NCBI GenBank assembly: GCA_002633005.1 | Contig: NMRA01000097.1 | Location: 509,721 to 573,720, forward strand | From: Phoronis australis | Lineage: Eukaryota; Animalia; Phoronida | Direction of reading: 5' to 3' | Length of the DNA: 64,000 bases | In this document: piece after piece, positions 38,601 through 47,870 of the stretch | How the letters are laid out: each line of letters begins with the position of its first letter | Numbering within the stretch: the first letter of the stretch is position 1 | Notes under the pieces: generated by a model | Told to the model about the DNA's origin: nothing | The model's database searches: none | Seen by the model: the letters and a program-made list of their open reading frames with translations, nothing else | Position numbers and translations under genes: made by a program

Positions 38601-41600
38601 TAAACTATAATGTATTAAAGCACAGTCTGATAACCAATTATCTTAAGTTCGCTCAAAAGGAGTAGAGAAATTGCCAAAAATAATTTCGAGTTCGTTTCGA
38701 GTACAAAGATTAGAGACCGGGCCCTGTTTACCTTCACAGAAGTCACAGTTGCTTAACACGTTGGAATTTACAGACATTCATAAATACGTAGGAGCCAAAG
38801 TCTTTGATGGACCACCTATTGGGCATAGCTTTTCTCCAAAGGATTAAGCGACACCCGGCAAATTCAATGAAAACTTTTATAAGTGGGCAAATTCTAACCT
38901 TCACAAATACAATTGAGTTGACATGAGTTTGATGCTTATACTGAAGACAGCTTCAAGGCCACCACAAGATCTGCTTGAGGTTCGTATGACCTAACACCAA
39001 AATTTCACCCCAAACGCGACTGTCTCTGATCTTCCAGACTTTTTTGCAAAACTCGATGAATAAAGAGGACCTGTTCATGCTGTTACCTGAAAATACCTAT
39101 GCAATCTCCTGTCCTTCATGAAAAAATTACAAATTATGTTTCCCATGGTCAGTCTTCTTTGATTTTGTTATGACACACATGTACGCCACCTTGCGATGAT
39201 GAGGAGGCGGAAACCCGCATGTTCTTGCACATTGCGGGCGCTTTGATCAAAGGTAATCGAATGATACTAGTTCTACGGTGGATACTCATGTTGTCATTTT
39301 TGTCAATAGTGTCTTTGACGACCTTTGATACGATTGTGTATAGCGCTACACATGTTCCATGCCTTAACAGGCTTTCCAATTGTATGCAAAAAGGAAAAAA
39401 ACAGCATGGGAGACGTGAAAAGCCTACCCTGGTGCTTAGCAGGTATCCTCGTATCCAACAATCACCATTGACGGTCAGGGTTTCAAAGAAATTAAGACGT
39501 TATCATACTTGCTATATGATCGTAAAGACAATTCAATAGTTTACGAAGAGAGCTTTTCTGCTGAGAAGTTCAGCTCATGCCAAATCTACTGCCTACCCAG
39601 TCTGCTCTTATTAAAGATGTTAGCAAATGCTTGTGTCAAGCTGGCATATGGCCGAACAGTCTTATGGTCATCGTCCACGGGAAACGAAGTCCAGAGGGGT
39701 TTGGATAGCAGCGAGACACGGACCTACAATAGACACCCTCCTTGACCAACATGGCTGAAGTCTCTAAAGCCTGTCAACAGCTCATTTATTGAGAATATAA
39801 AATTGTATCACTATGCGGCAAAAATATCGATGTAAAGGCAACTCCTAAGCATGTACAGCACTGCAATTGCCTGGAAACGTTTAAGGTTTGTTATGGACCA
39901 AAACAACGGCCTATAATGTTAATTGAATTCTGTGAACTGCAGTGACAATTTAACATTAAACCGTTTTACCGTGTTGATAGTATAAGCAGTTTACACTCGG
40001 TTTACAACACTGTGAATATGAAGGTAAGAGCTCGAAGCACATGAGCGACGGACAGTAGTCAAAGCTGGCCTCTGAGTTTTTGATAGTCTGTCAAGTTCTA
40101 TACATAATTGGCCTCTTTATGATAATGTCAACTGAATGTTCATTCTCATTGTTCAACTTAATGTAAATCTAGTTAAGTTTTGGTTAGAAAACTTATTTGA
40201 TATTGTATTATTAGTTTTGAACAGGATCAAAATAGATTCTTTTGTTAAAATTGCAGTTGGTTAGTTAAAGTTTGGTGGCCATACACATGTATTGGATCTA
40301 TTCAAATTAGGTGTCATAACGTTATGAGGAAAACATTTCAAAATGTCATTTTGATAGATTTCTAGATGATATAGTGCCATTACTTAGCTTTAAAATGCGT
40401 TATCATCTCTCAAGCAACCATACACTGGGTTACGTGGTGACCATTTTGTTTTTCGAGATTTGACCTTGATCTTAACCTCAAAACTTGACCAAGCCACCCC
40501 CGTGTGATTCAGCCTTTCACGAAGTACCAGTGTGCCAAATTGGTGCTTTAATCCGAGGTGCAAAAGTTTTTGGGTTAATGGCCTGGACTACTTACGTGTT
40601 CTATTACTTATGCATTGTGTTATCTTGAAAAGACTATATTCGTGCGGTCTAGCCATACTCGCAGGAGACTAGCTTTAAGCTCCGCAGTAATTAAGTAGAA
40701 TGGCATGATAAAGTACGTGCAGATGCGCTCATATTCTCAGAGATTTTGTGTTCGAGTTGTTTCTTTTTTGTTTCCACAAGTAGTTCCGTGGAGTGCAAGT
40801 CAAACTTTGTCAAACAACCTCACCAGGAAGCGGCAGTGAAAGATTTTGCACTTAAATGTAATACGGCAAAAAGCGTGCTCATATACAACTGTAGCGATAA
40901 GGCAAGAGAAAGAAAGAGAAAATGGGTATAATGCGAAAGCGAATTCTGGGGCGGCACTTGTACATACCATACATTAGCTACGTTACGAAAATTTCACAAG
41001 CGATGGGCCAGTATGGCGAAAATTCTTTTCGAATGTACAACAATAGAAAGTTCTCTTCGGTGGGTCTCCGATATCGTAAGCGATATGGGCGAACATTTTG
41101 CCATAAATTTGGGCAAAACCTTGGATAATTCGGAAAAATAGCAAAAAATCGAACAGCGTGTTATGTAATTACAAAAACAAGGGTATGTGTAATTGGATCA
41201 ACAACGAGTGTGGGATTAGATTAAAAATGATAACTCAATTGTTCATGATGTAAACTTGGTAAATATTCTTTTAATGTTTTGCAACGGTACCCTAGCAACA
41301 TTTGGCTAACTCAGCCAAAAATATGAGAAAAAATGTTAAGATATTAAACATTGACCAAAAGTTTAGATTGGCAAGTTTGAAGGCCACTCTTTAGGAGCAA
41401 TATCAAATGTCGAAATAATGGCAATATTCTGTTACCCTATTAACGTATTCACCTATATCTTCAAGCTTAACCGTTGATTTGTCTCCACGCTGATGAACAT
41501 TGCAGATTACGTTGAAGTGAATGAACAGTAATTGATAATCACATTGCATTTGTCGGCCCCTGAGAGACAGAATGTCCGAGGAAATGGGACAAAAGTCCAG

Positions 41601-44600
41601 TAAATAAGCGCAAACGCGCAATTCACACTGGTGCTCCCGTTTTTTTATTTTTAGTCCGCCCGCCATTTTGTTAGCAAAAGGTCCAAAACGTCAGGAATTA
41701 GAACCCAAGAAGCTCAAGTCGCGGTCAAATCAGGATTCCAGGAATAAATAAGGAAATTTACTTATCAACAGATTAGACAAATAAAAATAAGATACAAAGC
41801 ATTGCTACAGTGCACACGCGCACAAAAACTGGGTCTGTCATTTTCCCGCCGCAAGCGATTGAACCAATCAGATGACCAATGACGCAAACCTTTCGAAAAC
41901 AAGCCTGGTTTTTAGGGAGTCTGTTACTGCTCTCTATATTTTCAAAACTTTAATGTTATAGTTAATTTATTTGTTGTACATCTCAATGAGGCTAGTTCAT
42001 ATAATAAGCATTTAACACGATTAATACATTGTAGAAGCAAACGTTATGCACTATCAACATGAGACAAAAACTGTACACCCCTTTATTAAAAATGGATTAA
42101 AGGTTAGAAACAATGGACGAGAACGTAGACAAGTTTCCATCACTTGCAACGTCGGTTTTCTATATATACATAAACGTTGGAGAAGAACATCAGTTTGGTG
42201 ACTGCAACACGGAATCGTACGAAGGCGAAACTTTTCGAAATTTGATTCGTTGTGTTGTCTTTCATTTGTTCCTTACAGTTCAGGATTAATTGGGGATACA
42301 GGAACAAGAACTGAACGAGGCAGGGTTTGTGGTAACGATGGTGAACGGTAATATCTATTTAAGGTATTATAACTGCCATCGATATTGTCATCTGCTCTGT
42401 TTTCATCCAGCCGTCCCTGATGAAAACTTGAATGAAGAGGTCCTTCAGTACTTGAGTGAGCACGGTACACTGTGTGATTTATGTTGAACTATTCAATTGT
42501 TCTTTTAAGAACCATTTCACGCTATACCTAAGGCTGATGCACAATACAACCAACGGCCCTTTTAAGGGCCACTCAACTCTTCCAAGAAAAACTGCTCACT
42601 TGAGAACGTTGAATTATAAGCATGCAAAGGTTAAACTAATCAAATCGTTGCAGAGGCGCATTTTTAATTCGAACAAAATTAATATTTTCTAAGCCAAAAA
42701 CTTTATATAAGTATCTTTTGCATTCACAGGTACTCCTTGGAAATTGTGCACAAACATGTTTTCATAGTTTTCTCGGTAGGCCTATGTGAACCATAAATCA
42801 CAAACTGTCCGATAACTATGCTGCTACATGTATGCTATTTAGCAAGCAGACGACATAATCAGTCGGCACCGAAGTTTGAATTTTGTAATTAATCACCAGT
42901 AGCATTGCCAAAAGTGCTCACGATACCAACACTTCTACTATTGAAAGACTTTGAACATCGGTTCAATGCCGAAATTAATATTATTTTCGTTGTACTGGAC
43001 AGTAAAGTTGATGCAAATATTTCTCGTCAAAATCCACTAACCGGAAACTGCACCAGAAAATGTGGCGGCGCCTCTTGGCTAGCACTTATGAACTTACTAC
43101 CGCGACCAACGGCCCGTGGTCGTAATCTGCTCTTGAACTATACAACCGTTAAGCAGAAGAACTTTTAATCATCAGAACCACCTAGGGAAGCTAAGTCTCA
43201 GATTTGTAATGGTAGGAAAGACTTACCCACGCAGACTCCCGCCTTGTTAGTGCAGTCTTTAACACAAGCCTGGCTTCCGTCTGTGCAATTCGCGATCGTG
43301 CATTCGGTGTTCGAACCAGCCTTGGTGTTGACGTTGCCCTGAAAAAATCGATATTGTACGTCTACGTCCAAAATTATATGAATGGGTAAGTTCTGGGATC
43401 GCTTTTATCGTGGTGCGTCACCAGTTTCCGAATACCGATTTCGACCGTTAAATATTAGAGTGCAATCCATTCAAATGCAAACCCACGTCTGAGAGCTAAA
43501 AATTGCAAAAAAAAATATAAATCTGCAGGCTAAACAATATTTCTACTGCCAATTGAAAACAATCAATCTAGGTATTGTTATGATTGAGTTCTTACAAAGT
43601 TTACTTGACACTTGACAACCAAATTGCACATTTCAGCTGAATTTGTATTCATGAAATCAAAGGCCAGACTTTAGCCCTTTATCACTGTAACTTGTACTTA
43701 TCACCTACTAATTTAAAGTGTCAGTATGTTTCAATTTCCTGTATCCTTACAAATTATTTAGTTTGTGTTTGTGTACTTTAATTCAGTGGTTCCATAAATC
43801 TAATGTCGTCACAAGTGAGAGGGGCAATATTAATTTATTTGAAAATTATATTTCTTTTACAAAAATTGTAACACTATTTGTCAAAATTCATCTTAGACAT
43901 TCTGAAATGTTCTATTTAATTGATGCTGTTGTTTTACTTCGAGTTTATTTTTTACAGCTTTTACACGTGATATGGTCAATTAACACAATTAATCAAATAA
44001 TTGCCTCACGTACATGTAAATGTTCAAACTCTGTAGTCTTCACGAAAATTTATACTTTTCTAAAGTAGAATTCCGCTGTAGCGTGTCAGTCTGATCCACA
44101 AGAGCGGTGAGATTTTTTGTCTGTGAGCATACTACGGGGAGTTCGAGACAACTAAGTTTGAACAGACGAGACCTCTTCAAACAAACTTTACACCTTTTCA
44201 AAATAACATGTGAGTATACGGGTATTTTACATGGCGTTTTTAAAAAATATATCAAGACAAGATGAAAATCTCATTTTGGATTTGAAAGTCAAACGCCGAA
44301 TGTCAAGTTATTTTAGATATTGCTGGTTTTGTTGATAGAATAGAAAGCTACTGCTACGGTTAGAGATTCTAATTTATGCAAAATGAAAGTTATTTGCTTC
44401 TAGACTTCACAAGTGAGATGATTCGAAAGTAAGTAGAAGTTGATCTTGCCATGATTTTTTTTTTCAATGAAAACATAATGTGTCGAGTAGTGTTGGCTTC
44501 ATAGAAAGGATAGTTCGTTTGTGACGGTAAACAGCCTCAAAAAGTTGTAATTGCGTGTCAAAAGAGGCCACGTATGCCCCAAGCATGGTCTCTATGGATT

Positions 44601-45625
44601 AACGAAATGTTGTTGCTCAGAAAACTGTGCCCTGTTGTATGAAACAGTTCTGTATACGGATTAAACCGAGTTCACTAAAGCTTCAGCGTGTCTGTGTCGA
44701 TCTGTGCTGAGAGGTCTTACTTTTCACCAGTTTATAACCGTTATGAGTTTCTCGTTGACTGGAGACATTTCCTTATGATATAAGTAAAAACACTTTCAAT
44801 AACAATGAAATTGGAAATTAATTTCAATCATTCAATTAGCACAAATGCGTACACGATTTAAGCAAATTAGTTTAGACTATTTCGTGCAGCTGGGCACACA
44901 TCTCGCCAGCGTAAAAGCCTTTCTACCCATTCCAATCTCCCGTAACGCTACGTACATGGTGCAGCGACTTTGTATGCGACAATCACAGTGCGCAAAACTG
45001 AGTCGCATATTAATACTTTCCTGAGTCGAAACAAATACTTGCAAGTCGGAATGGTCTCTTTCAAACGACAAGGTCGTAAAAATGTGTTGGATAGCATGTA
45101 ACCACGCGGTTTGTCGTAAAAGACAATTGTAACGGAAATCGTAGACTGTTAATCGGAGTTGTAAACAAGGTTTGACGTGTCACAATTTGACGGAGTCTCT
45201 AAATAACGAGTATGTTCAACCACACAACTCACATGTTCCCATATCCTTTTTACAACTTGATTTGATTTGAAGTTCTTTATTACTATCTTGCTAGCAAGAT
45301 TTCCTCCCTGGATCCCCGTTTTTCCATGCGACTCCATATTGTGATAACGTTCCTGGGACAAGTAACACACTCCTCTATCGTGTTCGTAAGAAGCCGAGGT
45401 GCAAGCTGTCTTTCTCATGCAGTAGAGCGCACACTCAATTTTGCTTTTTGTGCCAGTGTGTTTCGCGAAGTATGACTGTGAAAACAAGGCCGTTATACTC
45501 GTAGCAGAGCACGTGAGTCCCAGCGAATTGTCGCAGCAAGTTTGGATTGTTTCTCCAAATAGTGTGTCTGACTGACAAAACTTAACCAGCATTAAAAACA
45601 ACGTTGTCCAAACGTACAAAAACAT
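369..45625 (-). CDS. Multi-exon gene (3' end outside window): secreted mosaic protein, signal peptide + PAN/Apple + Cys-rich module + CTHRC1-C domain + FN2 + 2 further CTHRC1-C domains; join(45625-45233,43338-43227,35679-35585,32984-32786,32654-32499,23133-22966,15031-14949,9062-8861,5360-5205,4037-3931,582-369)
   Basis: All 11 exons end at a GT donor and the 10 internal exons start after an AG acceptor. Intron phases (0,1,0,1,1,1,0,1,1,0,1) are mutually compatible, giving 1885 nt without a stop. The translation matches CTHRC1 C-terminal motifs three times. Extra phase 1-1 exons in the large introns cannot be excluded. Confidence 0.85.
2401..3725. mobile_element. Non-autonomous PIF/Harbinger-like DNA element
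   Basis: Inverted termini cagccgatttcat...atgaaatcggctg, CAA on both flanks, and subterminal aaacctggtttaa repeats. There is a possible decayed Myb/SANT remnant on the minus strand near 3280-3450. Confidence 0.55.
3931..4037 (-). CDS. Exon 10: CTHRC1-C domain C, part 1
   Basis: ttgccaacag|...GCT|gtgagt; VVTRDGSTQRLPEYNFHQWSWWALNDDTDNGHIERA; phase 1-0. Confidence 0.88.
4560..4912 (-). pseudogene. Non-LTR retrotransposon (CR1/L2-like) RT C-terminal remnant
   Basis: LLWSPHINDLLRKINRFCGVLNNIKHFLPFETLNSVYNGFVLPHFNYDILLWG...IFKLQKR...YFNAHTD is typical of the post-RT region. Confidence 0.85.
5205..5360 (-). CDS. Exon 9: CTHRC1-C domain B, part 3
   Basis: ttgttgtag|...GCAG|gtactg; IEGLCDNIKAGLRSIQIHIARSAGSTIYGSTGWNSVSKIIVEEIRYNLDISA, with TGWNSVS identical to CTHRC1; 156 bp, phase 1-1. 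Confidence 0.92.
5876..6723. mobile_element. ~850-bp dispersed repeat, unit 1 (tRNA-like module + long terminal hairpin)
   Basis: Collinear with 6724-7532 and 47140-47870; imperfect palindrome at ~6550-6733; tRNA-like segment on the minus strand at ~5957-6040. Confidence 0.75.
6724..7532. mobile_element. ~850-bp dispersed repeat, unit 2 (tandem to unit 1)
   Basis: Restarts with ttataccacaatattggcctcgaatggcagatac. Minus-strand A box TGGTGTAGTGG and B box GGTTCGAATCC lie at ~6804-6887. Confidence 0.75.
7756..8663 (-). mobile_element. Kolobok-like foldback element, copy 1 (THAP body deleted)
   Basis: TTAA|AGGAGAAGGCAAC...GTTGCCTTCCCCT|TTAA; ~300-bp inverted arms; internal sequence homologous to copies 2 and 3. 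Confidence 0.85.
8861..9062 (-). CDS. Exon 8: CTHRC1-C domain B, part 2
   Basis: tatttcag|...A|gtaagt; SYHYFKRAADSAIRVLFQSTITLHRYGQLYYYIRFDGHDCTSPGVIDGIFSH; phase 0-1. Confidence 0.88.
9449..9600 (-). repeat. Penelope-like pseudo-LTR fragment with hammerhead-like core
   Basis: Minus strand reads cccttgaaaaagagcgcatcgctcgatacg; homologous to 13780-13920 and 13980-14075. Confidence 0.4.
10430..12705 (-). pseudogene. pogo transposase: HTH_psq + CENP-B HTH + DDE_1 + OTU-like domain + PHD-like finger
   Basis: Motifs in order: MVRKYK...ALKAV...RASKEF; DLRRLAF...AGTDWAKAFLRRH; IWNMDET; SGWTNADLFCEWLEHF; LLDGHHCH; FPPHCTHKLQPLD; GDGRC...LELAALS...GHY; LSPLP; WAHETC. Multiple stops and frameshifts. 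Confidence 0.9.
12328..12486 (+). mobile_element. ~160-bp MITE nested in the pogo element
   Basis: CAGTGGCGGATTTAG...CCTGGATCCGTCCCT; reverse-complement copy at 31534-31691. Confidence 0.8.
13323..13392. repeat. Perfect 28-bp inverted repeat (14-nt spacer)
   Basis: acgatcgtgtgaaaccagaagacgtaaa / tttacgtcttctggtttcacacgatcgt. Confidence 0.95.
13780..14075. repeat. Two oppositely oriented Penelope-like pseudo-LTR fragments
   Basis: tgttggaatgccgtgcagttaccggcg matches ~9449. Plus-strand cccttgattaagagttacttctcgaaac resembles a minimal hammerhead core. Confidence 0.4.
14949..15031 (-). CDS. Exon 7: CTHRC1-C domain B, part 1
   Basis: ctttcactttag|...TAC|gtaagg; GTCPKLSRFNVRQYEWTGIKGKSDGLIY; phase 1-0. 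Confidence 0.8.
16342..16741 (+). pseudogene. Frameshifted Cys/His-rich ORF, probably the N-terminus of a DNA-transposon protein
   Basis: MAGSENIRCSFAGRSSCKC...SHMGEINVTEDVGEYHLLINR...HR...CCCPGH...RPVSLKFS reads across frames; family not assigned. Confidence 0.3.
21632..21849 (+). repeat. Short dispersed repeat/MITE family (related copies ~21990-22210, 41570-41710, 55440-55600, 58209-58466)
   Basis: Shared gagcccccc...catttggcgaagtgggctaaaagg and ...gcgcatg ends. The 58209-58466 copy has inverted CATGCGC/GCGCATG termini. Confidence 0.65.
22966..23133 (-). CDS. Exon 6: fibronectin type II domain
   Basis: TYGGNAAGTPCTFPFVYKGLSYSSCIENDPNHLWCATTSNYDSDQTWGYCP is a canonical FN2 pattern; ttttccacag| and |gtaagg; phase 1-1. 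Confidence 0.95.
24345..25271. repeat. Tandem duplication of a ~465-bp unit
   Basis: tgattc(a/g)tccaaac(a/g)ataaagaaatgtcccctcaagatac starts at ~24345 and again at ~24813; the units are collinear to ...cataacgtaatccttgtttt. Confidence 0.95.
26495..26864. repeat. Foldback element with (TA)n-(TG)27-(TA)n microsatellite core
   Basis: acaccttcttatttgaaatgagctt...cagacaataccacactt pairs with aagtgtggaattgtctgg...aagctcatttcaaatgagaaggtgt; TG run at 26623-26676. Confidence 0.8.
30610..30770. repeat. Degenerate tandem repeats (gtacccacttggta-like)
   Basis: Recurrent cccagttgg/cccacttgg/cccatttgg units. Confidence 0.7.
31534..31691 (-). mobile_element. ~160-bp MITE (same family as 12328-12486)
   Basis: Inverted termini CAGGGGCGGATCCAGG...CTAAATCCGCCACTG. 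Confidence 0.8.
32499..32654 (-). CDS. Exon 5: CTHRC1-C domain A, part 3
   Basis: VGGICNLRTSGDVIVKFHVGECSGITVTDAKTGWSGNGVSMTVEE matches CTHRC1 VEGLC...WVGTC...DASTGWNSVSRIIIEE. It ends in a donor (G|gtgagt) rather than a stop; 156 bp, phase 1-1. Confidence 0.9.
32786..32984 (-). CDS. Exon 4: CTHRC1-C domain A, part 2
   Basis: ATTFKKQYSFTSLRVRFWG...CTQCCNRWYFTFNNEECSSPGKIE matches CTHRC1 TFTKMRSNSALRVLFSG...[21 protein letters not shown]; tttcag| and |gtgagt; phase 0-1. Confidence 0.92.
34671..35529 (-). mobile_element. Non-autonomous Kolobok-like element (second family) with THAP remnant
   Basis: TTAA|AGGAGAAT...ATTCTCCT|TTAA. The minus strand at ~35366-35085 reads PMRCAVSF...LQSWLAAVK...(shift) VKHLRVCGRHFVHNDF...KQLMPEKKKRL. 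Confidence 0.8.
35585..35679 (-). CDS. Exon 3: CTHRC1-C domain A, part 1
   Basis: cccttacacag|...TTG|gtaagt; APYKECDEVPVANIRHYYYKNYNSSRDSATLL aligns with CTHRC1 [20 protein letters not shown]; phase 1-0. Confidence 0.8.
37250..40590 (+). mobile_element. Decayed AcademX-like DNA transposon (transposase + XPG/PIN-like nuclease + Cys-rich tail), 5' boundary uncertain
   Basis: Fragmented motifs PIDKAHEQN (~37775), AKVFDG, SFKATTR, FLQNSMNKEDLF, EEAETRMFLH...VDTHVV (~39200), KGKKTAW, VSKACQQLI. The 3' terminus ...ggcctggaCTA at 40590 fits Academ TAG...CTA ends. Confidence 0.75.
38320..38726 (+). mobile_element. ~410-bp MITE nested in the Academ remnant
   Basis: Inverted termini ctgggcccggtctc...gagaccgggccctg with long imperfect internal symmetry; second copy at 57552-57967. 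Confidence 0.85.
43227..43338 (-). CDS. Exon 2: Cys-rich (EGF-like) module
   Basis: ttttttcag|GGC...GTGG|gtaagt; translates GNVNTKAGSNTECTIANCTDGSQACVKDCTNKAGVCV; phase 0-1; not in the ORF track. Confidence 0.8.
44877..45110 (-). pseudogene. Fragment of a Mutator-like/Kolobok-type transposase
   Basis: MYVALREIGMGRKAF resembles the VYAMREIG.G motif; short and frameshifted. Confidence 0.35.
45233..45625 (-). CDS. Exon 1: signal peptide + PAN/Apple domain
   Basis: MFLYVWTTLFLMLVKFCQS is a hydrophobic leader. SKIECALYCMRKTACTSASYEHDRGVCYLS fits the PAN C-x3-C-x5-C...C-x-L pattern. Donor CAT|gtgagt, phase 0. Confidence 0.8.
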
Positions 45626-45654
45626 GTCACTTGTTTTCAGCAATGCTACTGAGC

Positions 45655-45689
45655 GACTGATCACAACGAGCAGTTTCTCGGCTTAAATA
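45655..45689 (-). promoter_or_regulatory. Putative TATA box + initiator of the mosaic gene
   Basis: Minus-strand TATTTAAG (45689-45682) starts 31 bp upstream of the A of TCAGTC (Inr consensus TCAKTY), which lies about 33 bp before the ATG. Confidence 0.5.
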
Positions 45690-47139
45690 AACAGAATGTC
45701 ATTCGTTGATATCCAGGATACGTAACGATCTCTATTCTGTTTCTAATTTAATGACAATGATCAGGTAAATTAAACCTAACTAACATTAATCGCGCCATAT
45801 TCTAAATGTAGTCGAAACCGCTGAACTGATAACAAGCAGCTTGTAACGGGTATACATGTATTAATAAGTAATACACTGGTAATTTTGATCACCAAGCTTT
45901 GATACAATATTCGTCATATTGAGCACGATTTTAGCATGTGGACACGTAGTGTTTAAAGTCGTGCAATGAATTTTCCGCGCCATTTTTGCTTTGGAATAAA
46001 TAGAAACGGTCCGCACTTCACCCCTTCAGGAATTTCAAGCAGAAACTGCCGCCGCTATGTTGCATAGCAACCAACCTATACCTCACCACAAGACAACTGA
46101 ATTGTTGTAAACGTTCTCGATCGTTTTTAATACAAATAGCGGGAATCACATTTATTTCATTTGTTACCTATGAAATGGTGTACAGAAAAACAGACGCATA
46201 CTGATCAAACGCATGCAAACTCAAACCGGGATGACAGGTACCAAACCGCTATTGAACCGGTCATTAGTTAAGTAGATGAGCTAAACATATCAAATGTGAA
46301 TATCATAGTTCTTATGAAAGCATATTAATAAAATTTGCTAATGGAATGACCGTCACTACAGGTAGACAGGGCTACGTCGAGGGTACATGTAGCATACATT
46401 ACGGGATTTCACATGTCTCTTTGATGACGAACTACGTTTCCAGTAAAAAGGCCCTCGTTCTCCAGGAGCTTAAAAGTTCTACATGTATGTTTCAGCTTAA
46501 TTCAATCTGTGTATAGCTTAGCATCATCCACAATAACCGAATATGGCTGAACGTATGAAAACCTGTTCACAACTCGAAGTCAGAAGTCACAAACCATGAC
46601 CTGCTCCCCCAGACAGAAAACAAATTTGTTTGTAATCAAATGTCATACTATTGTAAAGGCAAAAGACAGATGTCAATAGTGTCTTTGAAAAACAAGACGC
46701 AGGTGGTAAATGGAGCGACATCAGTGGCAATATATTTTGGGCGGAACACGCTTGAGAAACGTTAAGGTATGACTTCAAGCTAGTTCAGCATGAAGACTTC
46801 GTTGACCAGAATGCGGCAGCTAGAATCCCAGCATGTGTAAGAGTCGTTGTAGCTTTAACCAAGAAACGTCTGTACGTAAAATCTTATGTTGCAGCTTCCT
46901 GATGGAAGGTCGCAGACACGGCAACTGAAAAGACATAGAATGTGTGCAATCAGGTTTAAGTGGCGAATGTCAAACGATGTCTGAGTAATCCACAGTCTTC
47001 ATCACTCAAGAGTAAAAAGTAAACTCCTGAACTGGAGAAACGGGGTTGTACCTGGGTATTGTAACACCGAAGACACAATACATATAAAACAAGCTATCAG
47101 TCTGCTCTGACCAGTACAACCGTTAAATAACCAAGCTCA

Positions 47140-47870
47140 GCGCGGGAAACCGAGGCCGGGTTCGAACCCGTTTCGCAAGAGTTTTGAGTCTTCAACTTAA
47201 CCGCTGCGCCACTCAGCAGCTGACGTCATCGAACGTGGAAATAGAATACTTAAATGAGGACGTGCAATAATCACATATTCAACATACGGCACTGCACCGA
47301 CATGTATACGCTACGAAAAATAAAACGCACATTCTCAATAAAAACGACATCATTACTCAGCAAAATTCATCTCTCATTTCCTCTCACTTGTAAATCATCG
47401 ATCTCCAGTGTGAATGCGGGTCACGTGCCGTCGGGATCCTTTGACTTTAGCATTATACTCAGTAACCAGACGTAACGCACTTGAGCAGACGATACTTTCA
47501 CGATCGAAATGTATCATTATAAAATGTTTAGTAAGCTAGACTAGTTGCTTTAAACCTGTTTTATGTATTCACTTTATTTCTATTTTGTCTAAATTTTCAA
47601 TTGGCTTTGAGCAAAACAGTATTTAAAAATAACTCGGAGTTTCTTAAAAGGTCACGACCTTTGACCCCGAGCCTCTGACATAGAAACTAGGTACAAACCT
47701 AGGCGAGTCAGAAAGGTAGACCAATTCATTGCATTGTTTCTCCTTCATCATGTGGTATAAATAGATTACTTCATGTTTTCAGTCGTCATCCTCCGTACAT
47801 GTATATCTTGATCCGTTATAGGATAATTATCCAAAATTCTTCGGGGTTAAAGATCACGGGTGTAGAATAA
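47140..47870. mobile_element. Third, diverged copy of the tRNA-like/hairpin repeat
   Basis: gcgggaaaccgaggccgggttcgaacccg...ctgacgtcatcgaacgtggaaatagaatacttaaatgag...tgtggtataaatagatta is collinear with units 1 and 2. Confidence 0.75.

Noticed and set aside
40900-41050. Possible Harbinger transposase N-terminal remnant (RKRKWV...YHTL...FRM)
   Set aside because: Too short and frameshifted to call.
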